NCBI RefSeq assembly: GCF_036588685.1
Contig: NC_086380.1
Location: 26,226,001 to 26,290,000, forward strand
Source: Mytilus trossulus
Lineage: Eukaryota
Direction of reading: 5' to 3'
DNA length: 64,000 bases
Positions within the stretch are counted from its first letter, which is position 1. Each line of letters opens with the position of its first letter. The translations under genes were made by a program, and so were the position numbers. Shown here piece after piece: positions 47,563-61,003 of the stretch. The notes under the pieces were generated by a model that was not told the origin of the DNA, did no database searches, and saw only the letters and a list, made by a program, of their open reading frames with translations.

Positions 47563-50500
47563 TTATATTTCTTCTGTATTTGTAGAATTGTTCATATCTA
47601 AATAATCTGTCGAAATATCGAAACGTTGAACGTGTTCATGGTCTTCGTCGCAGTCCCAGGAATACACCCTTTGGTGTTTATCTGTGTTATATGATTTATC
47701 AGTGGAGTCAATGCAATCGTTGTCTTCATTGAGTAACTTCTTTGATACTCCATGACAAGCATCCCCTATTGTTTGTCCAAAGAATAAATGTGAATGAAGC
47801 TGCCCTTTTTCATTATCTATTCTATCGGTTTTCTTCCTATTTAGCAACTCGATAGATTCTATGTCCGTACTGTTTTTATTTCTACAGTCATGTATTTTAT
47901 TTTTCAAATTAATATTCATTTCATTCGACGTTGTTGTTGCTTTCTCATATTCGTGATTATGAGTACTTCGATCTTTTTGCAGTTGTTGATAAACGTGAGA
48001 ATATTTATAACTAGAACTCATATCTTCTGACGACTCGGATCCAGATGAACTCTCGGAATGTTTATGAACATGAACCGTAACTTCATAGCCATCTGATATT
48101 TGTTGTCTTTCACGAAGAGGTTGGTAGGGATTGAGATATGCTGTATGATCGATAATAATAGGATCAAAGTTCGATGAATCACTAGAACTTGATTCCTTCA
48201 ATGTGCTTGGGTTTTCCGTTTCTTCCTCTGCAAAATATGGATCAAGATAACTTGAGGCATCATCGTGACTACTTGTTGATTTATCAGAACAAGTCTTTGA
48301 TACAGCTGCATTGATATTCCTTAATTGTGGTGTTACTGCAGTCTCCTTGTTGACCTCTGCTATTAAGTGCTCGTCAATTTCATCGTATATTTCAATGTAT
48401 GGTGGTTCAGCTATCTCTTGTCTTATTTCTATATCTTCTCCTCCATTTTGTCTTGGTATTTTAATTGAAGATCGTTTTCGATATGAACGAATAAAATGAC
48501 TTAATCCAATAATTATCAGAAATCCAATAACGCAGAGTGTGTATACAATCAATTCCATGTTTGAAGGTCCTACAAGATCAACAACATAAAGCGTTAAAAT
48601 AAAATAGCAGAACTCATGAAGAGTAAAACATTAAAAGTGTAATGACTCAGAATTTGTGACATAACAAAATGATTAAAACGATACATAGGGGAAGAACAAA
48701 AATTGTGCTCACGTCATAATTTTCTGTGCAAGTTGAAATTGAGAACGGAAATGGGAATATGTCAAAGAGACAACCAACCCATGGGACCACCAACGAACAG
48801 ACAACAGCCGTGGCCACCAATGAGTCTTCAACGCAGCAATAAAATGCCGCATCTGGTGGTGGTCCTCAGCTGGTCCTCAAATAAAATTGTGTACTAGTTC
48901 AATGAAAATGGGCCTCACACTAAACTCCAATACTTATACATGAACTAAAATAGAAAAACTTACAAGACTAACAAAGGTCAATAGCTCCTGACTTGGGACA
49001 AGCGCAAACATGCAGCGGGGCTAAAATTATTTTGTGAGATCTCATTCTACCTCATTAGCAAATGCTTTTATCTATATGACTATGAATGTTTTTTAATCAT
49101 CGATCCTTTTATTCATTTTTCAAACAAATTTCAGAAATGTTCGATGAAATACCGATAGTTTCTACATTGTGTATTTTGTTTTGTTTTGAACACTTCTACT
49201 CTGAAGTGTTTTAGAAATGTTTCATTGGTTTATAAAATTAACTTAAGTAATATGTTTTGTCGTGTCTTGTAATTTTCTTTAATTTCAGCTCTCAATGATA
49301 AAACCTACATACGGATGCATTTCAAATCTGTGATTATAAGTATGCTACAAGTAGATTTCATGGTTTACTACTCTTAATTGTGTTATAATACTGAAGTTGG
49401 GGTGAAAAATGCAAAATCAAATTAAACTGCTTGTTGCATTATGGTTTTCGTTTTATGAACATCCTATGAATAATACTATTAAACCTTTTTGGATTGCAGA
49501 AAAGTATTTAACCATAATTGAATTATTACTAGTTTCTTAGAGACGTCAAACTCAAAAATTATTACGAGTTGCTTAAACGAACAAGGGGTAATTTTGGAAA
49601 ACTATATATTACTACAGAAAAGTAATTTGACAAACTGTATGCACATCTTTGGATATAGTTAGGCATTATCTTAAAAGTTCCTTTTTTAGATTACCTTAGC
49701 TGTATTTGTCACATTTTTGGGGAATTTCCTCAATGCTCTTCAACTTTCAACTTGTTTTGGCTTCTAACTGGTTAAACTTTTGAGGAAAATCCCTTTATTT
49801 TACATTCCATTGGACTTACGTCAGTTAATATAAAATGAAGCTTATCGTATGCGTAATAATTATAGCATGAGAAAATTGAGAAAAGAAATGATGAATGTGT
49901 AAACGCGACAAGAACCCGACAATAGTTCAGACAACAGTCGAAGGCCACCAATGGGTCTTCAATGTAGCGAGAATTCCCGCACCCGTTGGTATCCTTCAGC
50001 TGGCCCCTAAAATATGTATACCAGTACAGTGATAATGGTCGTCATACTAAACTCCGAATTATACACAAGAAATTGAAATTAAAAATCAAACAAGACTTAC
50101 AAAGGCCAGAGGCTCCTAACTTGGGACAGGCGCAAAATTGCTGCGGGGTTAAACATTTTAATGAGATCTCAGCCTCCCCTATACCTCTTTATTGTCTTTA
50201 GATACACATAAACGAGTTTATTTTGAATTTTCCTTGGTTTTAAGTATTTTTGTACTTTTACTTTTTTTTTTATGAAAGACTTTTGTTTTAGTAGCAGCAC
50301 ATCATTGGTTTCGTGGTTAAATATTTACATTTTCTTTCAGTCATGTAGCCTGATAGAAAAACAGTTGTATACCTCTGGTATATTTCGCTCCTCTTTCAAT
50401 TCAGAATAATAATAACCTATTTCAAGTTCCTTTGCATATATAATCATAAGTAACGTAACCCAACTAATAAAATTTAGCATGAAAATGAGGACAACAACCC

Positions 50501-53500
50501 GACTAAAGAGGGGATAACAGCCGAAGGCCACCAACACATCGAAAAAAAACCTTACATTCTCATAAAATGCATATAATTTCTAATATTTAAGTTGTTTAAC
50601 TCAAAATGGTTTTGGTTCTCTTACTGTAGGCCGTTTCCACAACTGCATAAACTACAACCGGAATTAGAGTATGTTCATCATTACGGAATACATATAATTC
50701 ATTTGCTCAAACTTCATATAAGAAATAACATTACGGTGCAAATCAAAAGTAATTGTTTAATGAAAGGTTTTATGCAACTTCTGTTAATTCATTTATTTTT
50801 GTTGATACGAATCTTCATTTCGTGGATATTTATGTTTGTAGTTTTGTCAAAGTCTGCATACATTCCTTTAGAAAATTTGTAATTCGTTTAATATTAAAAT
50901 TTGTGGTTCCCCAACCAGCTGTCCCCAACACCCACGAAATATACGAAAATTGGTATCAAACTAATATTAATGAATCTACCGTATATATTAACTTACCTTC
51001 TCTGTTTGAAGCCGTGTCTTGGAACAGATAAGTGGTAGTACCATTCTGTGTTGTGAAGCTATATTCTAATAATAAAACAGTTTTATTTAAAAAAAAAAAA
51101 AAAAAAAGCATCCTTACAAACTTTATCAGATTTTATAACAAACAGATTTTTATATTCTTATGATTTGTTTTCAATGATAGATGTTTCTAATAGAGAACAT
51201 CATATTTTTTAAATGAACTGGTCTGAAATGTCTTCTCCTGCCCAACACACCGATTGTATGATGATAGTTTAATACATTAAAACTGACAATCCTCTGAGAA
51301 TATTAACAGAATAGTTTTTGTTTTTATTTTCGATTTTTCAATGAACCATGGCAGTGATCTTTAACATTAAACAAGTGAGTTTTAATTTTTCATTGGATCG
51401 TATTTTCTAGTTGTATCTTTTATAAAGTATTGTCCAAAGATTACGTATGCAAATTAATTTGACTGCTATTCTTTATGTTCTTCAAGAAAAAAGCCTGTAG
51501 TCCAGTGTTTGTCGATATTAATGGCTGTCATATTGTTTCGTAAATAGATTTGGCACATAAAATATTTCATACCAGATCATTCACCTGTTTCATACAAAGT
51601 AGTTTCAAATTTGTACTTGCTCTTAAATTAAAAGAACATACCTTTATTTCCGGTGTCTGTTGTTGTTACTGTCATCATAATACATCCTACTTTTGCATCG
51701 CACCTTGAAAACAAAAATAAGAATCGCAATCTCAAAAGGTATGCAGCCTTTAAATTTAAACGATCAAAATAAGAAAATAACAGATTTCTTTCTGATTTAT
51801 CTAAAATCAGCTAGCTTCCATTTTGTGTATTTACCTTCAAATATTATCATGGATTTACTGTGCACCAGGAGAGGTATCCATTCAGTGTCAGTAAGAGGTA
51901 ACGGTTTCAACTGTTCTGCTCGGGATGCTTCAAATTTCGAAAACATTTTTTGTTTTTGGTTAATGCTTGATTTTTTAATTCAGAATTTTCTAAATTCAAA
52001 AACGAAATTCCAATTTTGAAGAGTTGTTATAACATAACTAAAGGCTCTCAAGAGCCTATGTAACTCATCTGACCCTACTCTGGTTATGGAAATCATGTAA
52101 AAATAGATAAAAAAAAAAACATAACAGATACCCAAAAAACTATTGAAACCAAATTTGATTAAATATACAAGTCCAGTAAATTAATCAAAAAATATTGGTG
52201 GTCATCTTGAATAGTAAATCGGCATCAAAGTAGCAACACTACGTCAACACCTCGTAAGAACATGTATGCCCTGTTTGGTTTCATACCATTCAGTAATTTT
52301 ATAGACGCCATTTGTTTGTATTTCCTATAGTGTCCTATGTTTTACTATGTCTGCCGCTAGCGGCAATCTTTGATGATTGGTCGGCTTCAATGTAACAACA
52401 CTTGGCTAACACATCATAATGCTTGCCTTTATACTTTTCAGTGGTTCTTCAAAAGACGACATGTGTTATATTTTCCGTATGGTCCTATGTTTAACTATTT
52501 CCCCCACTGGCAGCCATCTCGGATGATGGATCGGCTTCAAAGTACCAACCTTGATCAACACCTCATAAGGAAAATTCATGCCATGTTTGATTTCATTCCA
52601 TTCAGTACATTTGTAAGTATTTATTATAGATTCCTAAGTTAAACTAAGTACCCTGCTAGCAGCCGGTTCCAACGAAACAACACTTGTTCGGCATTCCATG
52701 AGGTGCATACATGCCATGGTTGGTTCCATTCCATTTAGTAGTTATCTAAGTGAAGCTCAAAGTGTAAAAGGTTAACGACGACGGACGACAACAACAGACA
52801 AGTATTCCTTCGGCCCAGGTGAAAAAAAGAGACACCAGGTTGTGAAAATATATCAAATGTACTTCCACTGCTTCGACAACAATTACGATAGACGTTCGGT
52901 GACTGGGGTTACCACTGGCCATGCGTACGTGCTTGTGTGCCTATATGGATTTTACCAAATGTGGTTATTAGCCCTAATAAATTGTATATAAAATATTTAT
53001 TTCATTCATTCAAACTTTTTGTTTTCTTACCCCTGATATCGATAGTCTGAGACAGCTTTTACAGAACTCTTTTGACATTTCATCATGTTCATTGATTTGT
53101 ATACTTTACGGTAAATTGATATGTAGAATATGGCATAGTGAAAGATGTTTGCAGGGCAAGCTACTCTCCCTTTACCAGAAACATGATTGCAATAAATTAA
53201 GATGCTTTAGAATCTTTGAAAATGGGCTAGATTTATCAGACTGATACAAAGCTTCAAACTCATAATAAAACGATAATAACCTGAAGTACCAATACAGTAG
53301 TAATAACTGTTATTAATCAAAGATAATTCAAAGAAAACTACAACAAATAACTAAAACAAGAAAGGTTCCATTATTACACATCCAATATATGTATATAAAC
53401 CGACATTTAATAAAATTGACCTATACAAACAAACTAACTAAAAGTACCAATCTTAAAGCAAACAACCACATTTTTAAATGCATCTGATATATAAGGTTTG

Positions 53501-55919
53501 TCCTAGATAGCAATTACCTCTCTGATTGATTGCATATACAATCATTCAAGCATTTGTAGCCGTACTTGTTGTCGTTACATGGAAGACATAGTCCGTCCTG
53601 CAGGGAAACAGTTCCAGTTTCGCACGCTGAAATTGAGCCAAAATGATTTGTTACAAAATAAACATGATAAACGGGTTTAATCTTGTCTATCAGACAATTA
53701 GCTAAGTGTTCGTCCGTTTTCAAATTGTGAAAAATTGTTGAGATGCTTTTGACGTTATCGTTTTGTCGAACTTGACCTTTTTTCAAGATTTTGTTTTGCT
53801 TGATCAGATCAGTTTGTTTATCTGCATGTAACTATTGTAAATTTTGATTATTCACTCATACAAATCAATCCGTAAATGGACTCGACAGACTAGAATATTG
53901 AAATGCATTAAATGATAAATCATATCACACAGATATACATTGGTGGTTCCCTATGTCGTGCTTTTATATTTTACTCGCCCTTCAAATCCGAAAATAAAAG
54001 GTTTCAAACAATTAAACCTCAGTTAATAATATTTAAACCATAACTAGGCCGATAATGTATATGCTGTCAACAATTTTTTCAGAATTCCAATAATGTATTT
54101 CATAATGATTTTCACTATAAGAATAATAACCACTTACGTGTACAAACATCGTTGATATTTTGAAAGTTATAACAACATACATCATTACTGTAAAAATAAA
54201 ATGATAATCAGAATATCGTTTGTTCAATTTTCTAAATTCATAATATCTTTCTGGGTATTTAGTATTTCTGTCCTGTGTTATTCATTTATAGCTGTTCAGT
54301 ATACAAGATTAATAATAAACGAACTCCAAGTCAATTTCAAAAGGTTAAGTCCAAATCAACCGATATAAAGAAACGGAATAAGCTATAAACAGATACCATA
54401 CTCTTGCGTTGTTTCGTTAAATTTCCCAAAAAAGAGGTGGCTTCAATTAAGTTTCTGGTTAGCTCAACCTTCAACTCGTATTACAAGTTTTTGTGCTAAC
54501 TGATTCCACGACAAATTCTTTCAATAGATTAGACATTTTGGACATTTCATTTACGTTTGGTAGGCATGAAGGCTTGCCACGAATAACAACAAGAATGTTG
54601 TCAACTAAATGGATATAGCATCATCATTTAAAAAAAAAGTTTTTGAATTAACCTCAAAAGAAGTCTAGATTATGTACGAGTATGGCATGTTTGTTTAAAC
54701 ATGTTAACAAAAAATGATTTTTCATTAATTCTAGCTTTAATATTTGGGTCGGGGAATCACTTGTAATGTATGGATTTATTTATTGTCTCTGGGACCTTCA
54801 TGTATGCTGTTCCTTTGTCGCACTCAACCTGTAAATAGACGGACGAATTTTGCGATAGTTTGTTTTTTTCACATACATGTTGCATAACAAAAGAAAATTA
54901 ATGTACGAAACTTAAATTCGAAGAACCTCTCAATTTACGCATTTTAGGGTACAAGTAACAAAATATCAGGAATAGATCATCTTGGCTGTATTTGGCAAAG
55001 CTTTGGTTCTCAATGCTCTTAAACTTCGTAGGTTATTTGGCCTTTTCAAAAAAATGATGCGAGCGTCATTGATCAGTCTTTTTGTAGACGAAACGCGCGA
55101 CTGGCGTAAATATGGAATTTTATGTGTATATATGTATCAATTTGTTAGTTATCAGGAATCTACATTACGGAAGAGGGACGACATACACCAGACGGACATT
55201 CAGACTCATAAATCCAAACTAAACTGAAACGCCATGGCTTAAATGAGAAGGACAACGACGCGAACAATAGTACACAAAAAATAACATAGAAAACTAATGA
55301 CTAAGCAACATTTACCATTTAGCACATTTTTCTTATGGGATTGCAAAAGAGACATCGGTGGCCGAGTAATCACAAGGCAGCCAACACTGAGGTGAGTTCG
55401 AACCCCGCCTGTGCAGGTGCACTCTACTCAAATCTTAATTGACTAAGATTTTCAGTTTTCCTATCGAAGGTCAGTGGTTTTCTCAGTGCACTCCGGCTTC
55501 CTCCACAAAAAAACCCTTGCCAACACAAAATAGCCTAAATGCGGTTCTATAGAGTGGCGTTAAAACACCAAAAAACAACAGGTCAATTCAATTCAGCAAG
55601 CCTAAAGATAAGATACGACATTCAAGCGAAGTACCCCGGTAACAATTTTATATCAGTTTTGGATTATTACTTAAATTGGTTTATTTCTATTTATCCTACA
55701 TATTATTCAATTTTTGAGTTTCCTACACTATTATGAAAGTAGAAAAATGTATGGTATGAGTGTCAAATGAGACAAAATTCCATCCAAGTCACAATTTGTA
55801 AATCTATTCAAATACAATTTAACATACCCATTTTTCTTGCAAACGCCACCACTAAGTTGCAAAGAAACCTGGATTTTACTTAACACAATTAACATATTTG
55901 CCAGATAAATAATATTCAT
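47563..55919 (-). CDS. Single-pass MEGF10/CED-1/SCARF-like receptor with short EGF-like ectodomain and Tyr-motif-rich tail, 462 aa, 6 exons
   Basis: Exons 55828-55919, 54138-54187, 53518-53626, 51642-51703, 50997-51065, 47563-48569 are all GT-AG and phase-compatible (1389 nt). Product: signal peptide, C..CCYNF..C..C..G..C..C...YGYKC..C.C....C....GC, Thr-rich stalk, TM LIVYTLCVIGFLIIIGL. Confidence 0.85.
52036..52828 (-). mobile_element. HINE (Helentron-associated) element with internal ~150-bp repeats
   Basis: Terminal hairpin ggctctcaagagcc, other end cttcggcccaggtga, gacgacggacgac microsatellite, three gcc(a/c)tg.ttg.tt.cat.ccatt.agta units. Confidence 0.65.
55063..55107 (+). ncRNA. Degenerate hammerhead copy (core TTGATCA)
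   Basis: gcgtca ttgatca gtct ttttgt agac gaa acgcgcga c tggcgt. Confidence 0.45.
55352..55580 (+). mobile_element. tRNA-derived SINE with V-type central domain
   Basis: A box tggccgagt, B box gagttcgaaccc, core ggttttctc..cactccggcttcctccac, tail agtggcgttaaaacacc. Confidence 0.72.
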
Positions 55920-57747
55920 AATTGTTTCATAGCCATACAATGTCAATTGCTTGTTACAGGAAATGGAACAATGAGAAGTTTGAAAACAATTCAACGATAA
56001 GGAAGAATTTAACTTGTGTGTCATATATATAATACTAGCATGTAAAGTGATTCATAACAACATATGTCAACAACATATTAATATATTACTTATCAATTGC
56101 AAGAACGGACTTGCTATTTGTTTTCTTTGCCATGCCAATTCATCTTAAGTTACGAAGGAGCATTGCTGAGGAAGTTATATATAATCGTAACCTATCACCA
56201 ATATTGTTAATGTATGAAATAGAAATATTAAAATAAAAATGTGTACGATGTGTTTCGTTATGATTGGGAAATGAACTGTTTAAATAACATATTGTTGATC
56301 CACCGTGATTGTAACCACTGAATGAATGTTCATTTTAATTTTTGTTATTAACAAATTGCAATATTTGAAATATTAACAGAACATGAAAAGTATCTATTAG
56401 TATTGGCATCCATACCATATGAGGAGCAGTATTTGCCTACTTATCTGGTGCGCATGAGATCAACACCAGTTTTAGTAGGGTTCGTGTTGCTTAGTCTTTA
56501 GTTTTCTAGTGTCCTGTGATCTATTACATCTTACTGCTTTAATTTTTTCTTTTTTTCCATGGCGTTGTCAGTTAATTTAATGATTTTACCTGTTCCTCTA
56601 GCATCTTTCGCCCCTATTTTTTAAACTGAAATGATGATAATCCCCAAAACCATGTAACAAACTACTCAGTACAGACACACCTTTGCGTTTGAAAACTTTG
56701 TATCTACTAGATTTAATATATATTTATATATTAAATCAATATATATTGGGTTTCAGAAAAATAAAATATGTTTTTGAGTTTTATTGAACTTTTTATAATC
56801 GTTGGAGATGATGGTAAAACAAAAATATACACAATGATTGGATTTGATACTGTCTGCTAAGAACTTGTAACACAATTTTAAAAGAGAGACGAAAAATACC
56901 AAATTGACATTCGAATCCATAAGTAAATTACCAATTGACATACGGAATGGCTAAAAAAAACAATACTGAACAAAAGCCAACATAGAACACTAAGGACTGA
57001 GCAACACAAAACCAATCAGAAAACCAGGAGTGATCACAGGTGTTCCAGAATGGTAAGCCGATTTTGCTCCACATGTGACACTCGTCGTGTTGATCATGTT
57101 AGTCAATAGCACATAGACGGTAACAAATATAATTCCGTATGTCACATTCCTGGAAAAAGGTACGGGGTTGTAGTTTTGAACATTTGTAACATATCTGTTG
57201 ATATTCCATAATGATCAACTAATTCGTAATGCCGTCCGTTTAATTTATGAAGGGATGATTTCAACTTCACTACTTAGAACTCTTGGTTTGATAGCCTATG
57301 TGAGTAGCAACCCTCATGCAAGGAAATCATGATAGGAAATACAAGAACCTTAATATTGTATTAACTGGAATATGTAAACTCCGCATGCACGCACAACTGG
57401 AATGTTGCTATATAGAAATTGAACATATGTTAATTCTAAATTGTAATTGTAATCATAAAATTTAGTTTATATTGGTTTGGTATAGGTAGAAGAAATGATA
57501 CGCAAAGACTGATCTTTTAAAAAGGAGTATTTTTCCTCAAGTAAATTGGTTTATGATGAAGAGAAGTTGTGAAGCTGCTGGCAACGAGGCCTTTATTGTT
57601 AAAATAAAGGTTTGCTTCCATAATGCTCTTCAACATCGTACTTTACTTTGACATTTTTAAGGTTAAAGATATATTATAAATGAAGTACATTTCATTGCGG
57701 TATTTATTTCATCAAAGCAGTTAGTTAGAATCATTTGTCTATTGACA

Positions 57748-58712
57748 TTAAATGCTGACATAGGTACTGATTCATGACCTGAACGATGTCAGTCTGGCGT
57801 AGACGCTGGGAAAGCTTCCAGAGCATGTGCTAATTCCCCAAGATTTTGATCCAGCGAGATATGGAGTATTTCCAGAGAAGCATGTCATTGGACCACCGCT
57901 ATCACCCTATGGTAAATAATTTAAAAAAAATATCAGTTTAAAATATTATCATAAGATATACATAATCAACACATATGCATATATGTCGGATTATATTGTC
58001 AATTAATTTTTTGAGGTACTATATGTGTGGTTTTACAGGAGCATTCACAGTAACAATTGTATTGTACCAGATACAGATTTCAACAAACAATGTCTCTTAT
58101 ATAAAACTCGAGGCCAATATATTTAACCTCCACAAACCAATACAAACGCTGAAGACATCGGATATCATAACTCTAGTCGGCACTCTTCTTTTTTAGTTAA
58201 GAGTTTATTAAATACATTAATGGCATCAACATATTTTTGCATGGTTTCAAACCGCTCCTACCATATCAGTGCAACATAAAAGTACATATAACATTCATCT
58301 TCATTTTTTTTTATAGATTGTGTTTTCATAAAAACACTTTATTAACAAAAATTAAGGGCTAATACGACGTTTAACGTTTTTATTTTATTCTGTTCCTCTT
58401 TCATGTGTGTATCTTTTTTATAGTGTATGATGTACATGTATTTATTCAACATCTGTTTTCTTTATCTCTGAGCTTTATTTACGAATGCTAGCTCAGCAAA
58501 GCGATTGCGGGACACTTTATTGAATCTGAAAACTTCATGTAATGATTAATAACTAAAGCAACTTACCCTGCATGCGGATTTACCAGTTTCGTGGATACAA
58601 ATGTGTCCACTATTGATTGTAGATCCACTGACAAATGCCCATCTGGTTGTACATTCCGAATTGCTAATAACAGTCATCTCGACATCTTGTAAAATGTCCG
58701 GGCTGCTTCCAT
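57748..58712 (-). pseudogene. Last two exons of a chymotrypsin-like (S1) serine protease with a premature stop
   Basis: Exon 58567-58712: PDILQ..VISNSEC..W..GHICI..GKSACR. Exon 57748-57906: [27 protein letters not shown], with TGA (57772-57774) at the conserved Trp. Confidence 0.85.
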
Positions 58713-59991
58713 CTGATAATGGGTAAACTTGTAAAATCTTGCTTTATTTGTAATTTAACTGGTCTTTTATTCAGACTACGAACAAAACAGTCTTTTACCT
58801 TATTCTTCAACGCTAATACAATGATTAAAAAGTAACAAATGCTATCTCAATGTCTGATTTTGTCCAGCTAGAGATATGAGAATATACGCTTTAAACGATT
58901 AAGTGAAACGGTATATACATTTGCAATGAGAGGATGAAATACAATAGGTAAAATCTGAGACACAGTTTTGAAGGTCAAAATAAACCAGTGACAAATCTGA
59001 TTCTATTTGTATCAAACTCGTTAAAATCAAATCAGAATTGACTTCACAATACAATTTTAAAATCATAATTTAAAATGAAATTCACAGTATTGTTACGCTC
59101 TGGCCCTTGGCCTTATTTCATAAACTTAAACGTGTATGTTTCATCATGTGTAATTTGTGACCCCCGTTCAACACTTCTCCATGTACGCCTCGTATGTTAT
59201 TTTTATGAGAGGAGTTGTTTACCTATACCTAAACCTATCTAATGATTCTATTTAATCGATGTGTCATCTTCATTTGACGGTGCATTTGCCCAAGTTTGTC
59301 TTAGTTTATCGTTACTATGTAACTTTCACTTATCGGCGCCATTCCTCGTGTTTAGTTTTTCTTGTGTATTACGTCAGATTTTTGGGCGGGCCAAAGTATA
59401 AATAGCAAGGTTTGCGTGATCCGAGTAGGATTTTCACCTCAATGCAGAACGATCGCAGAACTGAACTTGCAATCGAAATTATATTGCACCAAGCAAAATT
59501 ATATTAAAATGCATGCAGTAACATGACGTAAAACCATTTAAGATTCAACCAGTGATTGGTAATTGTTTATTTTGAAACTTTGTGAAGAGAATTTAATTCA
59601 TTGTTCAGTAATTTCATAAAACCTGCGTCTGCCGTATCGCACCAAGTAGCGTACTCGGTGTTCACATTTTGGCTAGCACCAAGCAGATTTGCTCGGTGCT
59701 GCACCGAGTGGAATTACTTGGTGAAAAGTATTTTTCTTTTATAGAAAGCTTTAAGATATTTAACTATTAGTCTTTTATGATCCTTATAAAACTATGAGGT
59801 TAAAAATACATAACCTGCACCAAGCAGTATCTGAAATTATTTGCTCGGTGTGCACCAACTAAATTTCTAGCACCGACTAGATTTGCTTGTACCGACTAGA
59901 TTTCTTTGAACCGAGTGCAATAGGAATTATAATATTGCAGTTAGGAATGAAACGTATCTTTGTTTATATTAAGATTACTCTATTCAGTTAT

Positions 59992-60134
59992 AGATAATGC
60001 ATATTTTAAGGTTTTTTTTGTCGTAGAACAAACCGAGGGGTATCAGAATTGATCAATTGAAAGACCGACCGTAGCAATCCGGACACCACGAGGTGTGTTC
60101 TACGACAAGAAAAACCTTAAAATATGCATTATCT
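59992..60134. repeat. Long palindromic element
   Basis: agataatgcatattttaaggttttttttgtcgtagaaca ... tgttctacgacaagaaaaaccttaaaatatgcattatct. Confidence 0.85.
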
Positions 60135-60938
60135 GACTTATATAACCGTCACAAAATATTATTTTTTATAGAGATTTGCAAAATTTAGTATCCTATATTA
60201 CCGACAACACTAAATTGGCATATCCTTTCAAATTCAGGATATTAATATATCCCTCCGCACCCGACCCTTTTCTAAGTTACGTTAATGTTATTCAATAGAA
60301 TATAAAACTATCTTATTAGTTGATCATTTGATAGAGTAATAGGTACACATAAATTTTAAAAAGTTAAGAACTGACACAAAGACGAATGTAAATACATGTA
60401 GGTCACAGTATGATTTCCTATTCAGCGTTTATCCTGAATATGCATGAAGTATTTGCCACTGCACGTTAAGCAAGCTACCAAAAATCAACTGACCTATTCA
60501 ATGTGACTCAATAAGATTTTCAAAATCTAACACACGAATATGTTAAATCTGGCTTTTTCTTTATGAAAGTCTAAATTAAAATTCTTCTCACATATATGAT
60601 ATATTTCTTTATTGTAGCGATAAATTAACAAAACTTCACGCGTTATTTGTTTCTAAAATAAAAAAAAACGGGCAATGAAGGTTTCTTTTACATCTATCAT
60701 CGATTGAACTTTAAAATATAGATTTCCAAATCGGCAACAAAAAACTATCAGACGAATAAAATTTTGAAGTAAATTATAGATTGCATTTTTATCAAGGAAA
60801 ATAATGACCTCACACAGGTTAATTATTTTATGCCTTTGAGCATATTTCATTGAAACATGGTATCGTCAGGGTTGATTCTGAAAAAGAATGACCTGTCGTT
60901 CTGAAAAAAAATAACTCCATATAGGTATATAATGTGTT

Positions 60939-61003
60939 TTATGAACTACTGTATCTGTTATGAACCACTGTATATGTTATGAACCACTGTATCTGTTGTG
61001 AAT
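60939..61003 (+). repeat. 19-bp tandem repeat x3
   Basis: tgttatgaaccactgtat(c/a) units. Confidence 0.8.

Noticed and set aside
55355-55410. tRNA gene
   Set aside because: A and B boxes only, no cloverleaf, and it continues into a SINE core and tail.
57772-57774. TGA as selenocysteine
   Set aside because: It aligns to a conserved Trp rather than Cys, and no SECIS was recognised.
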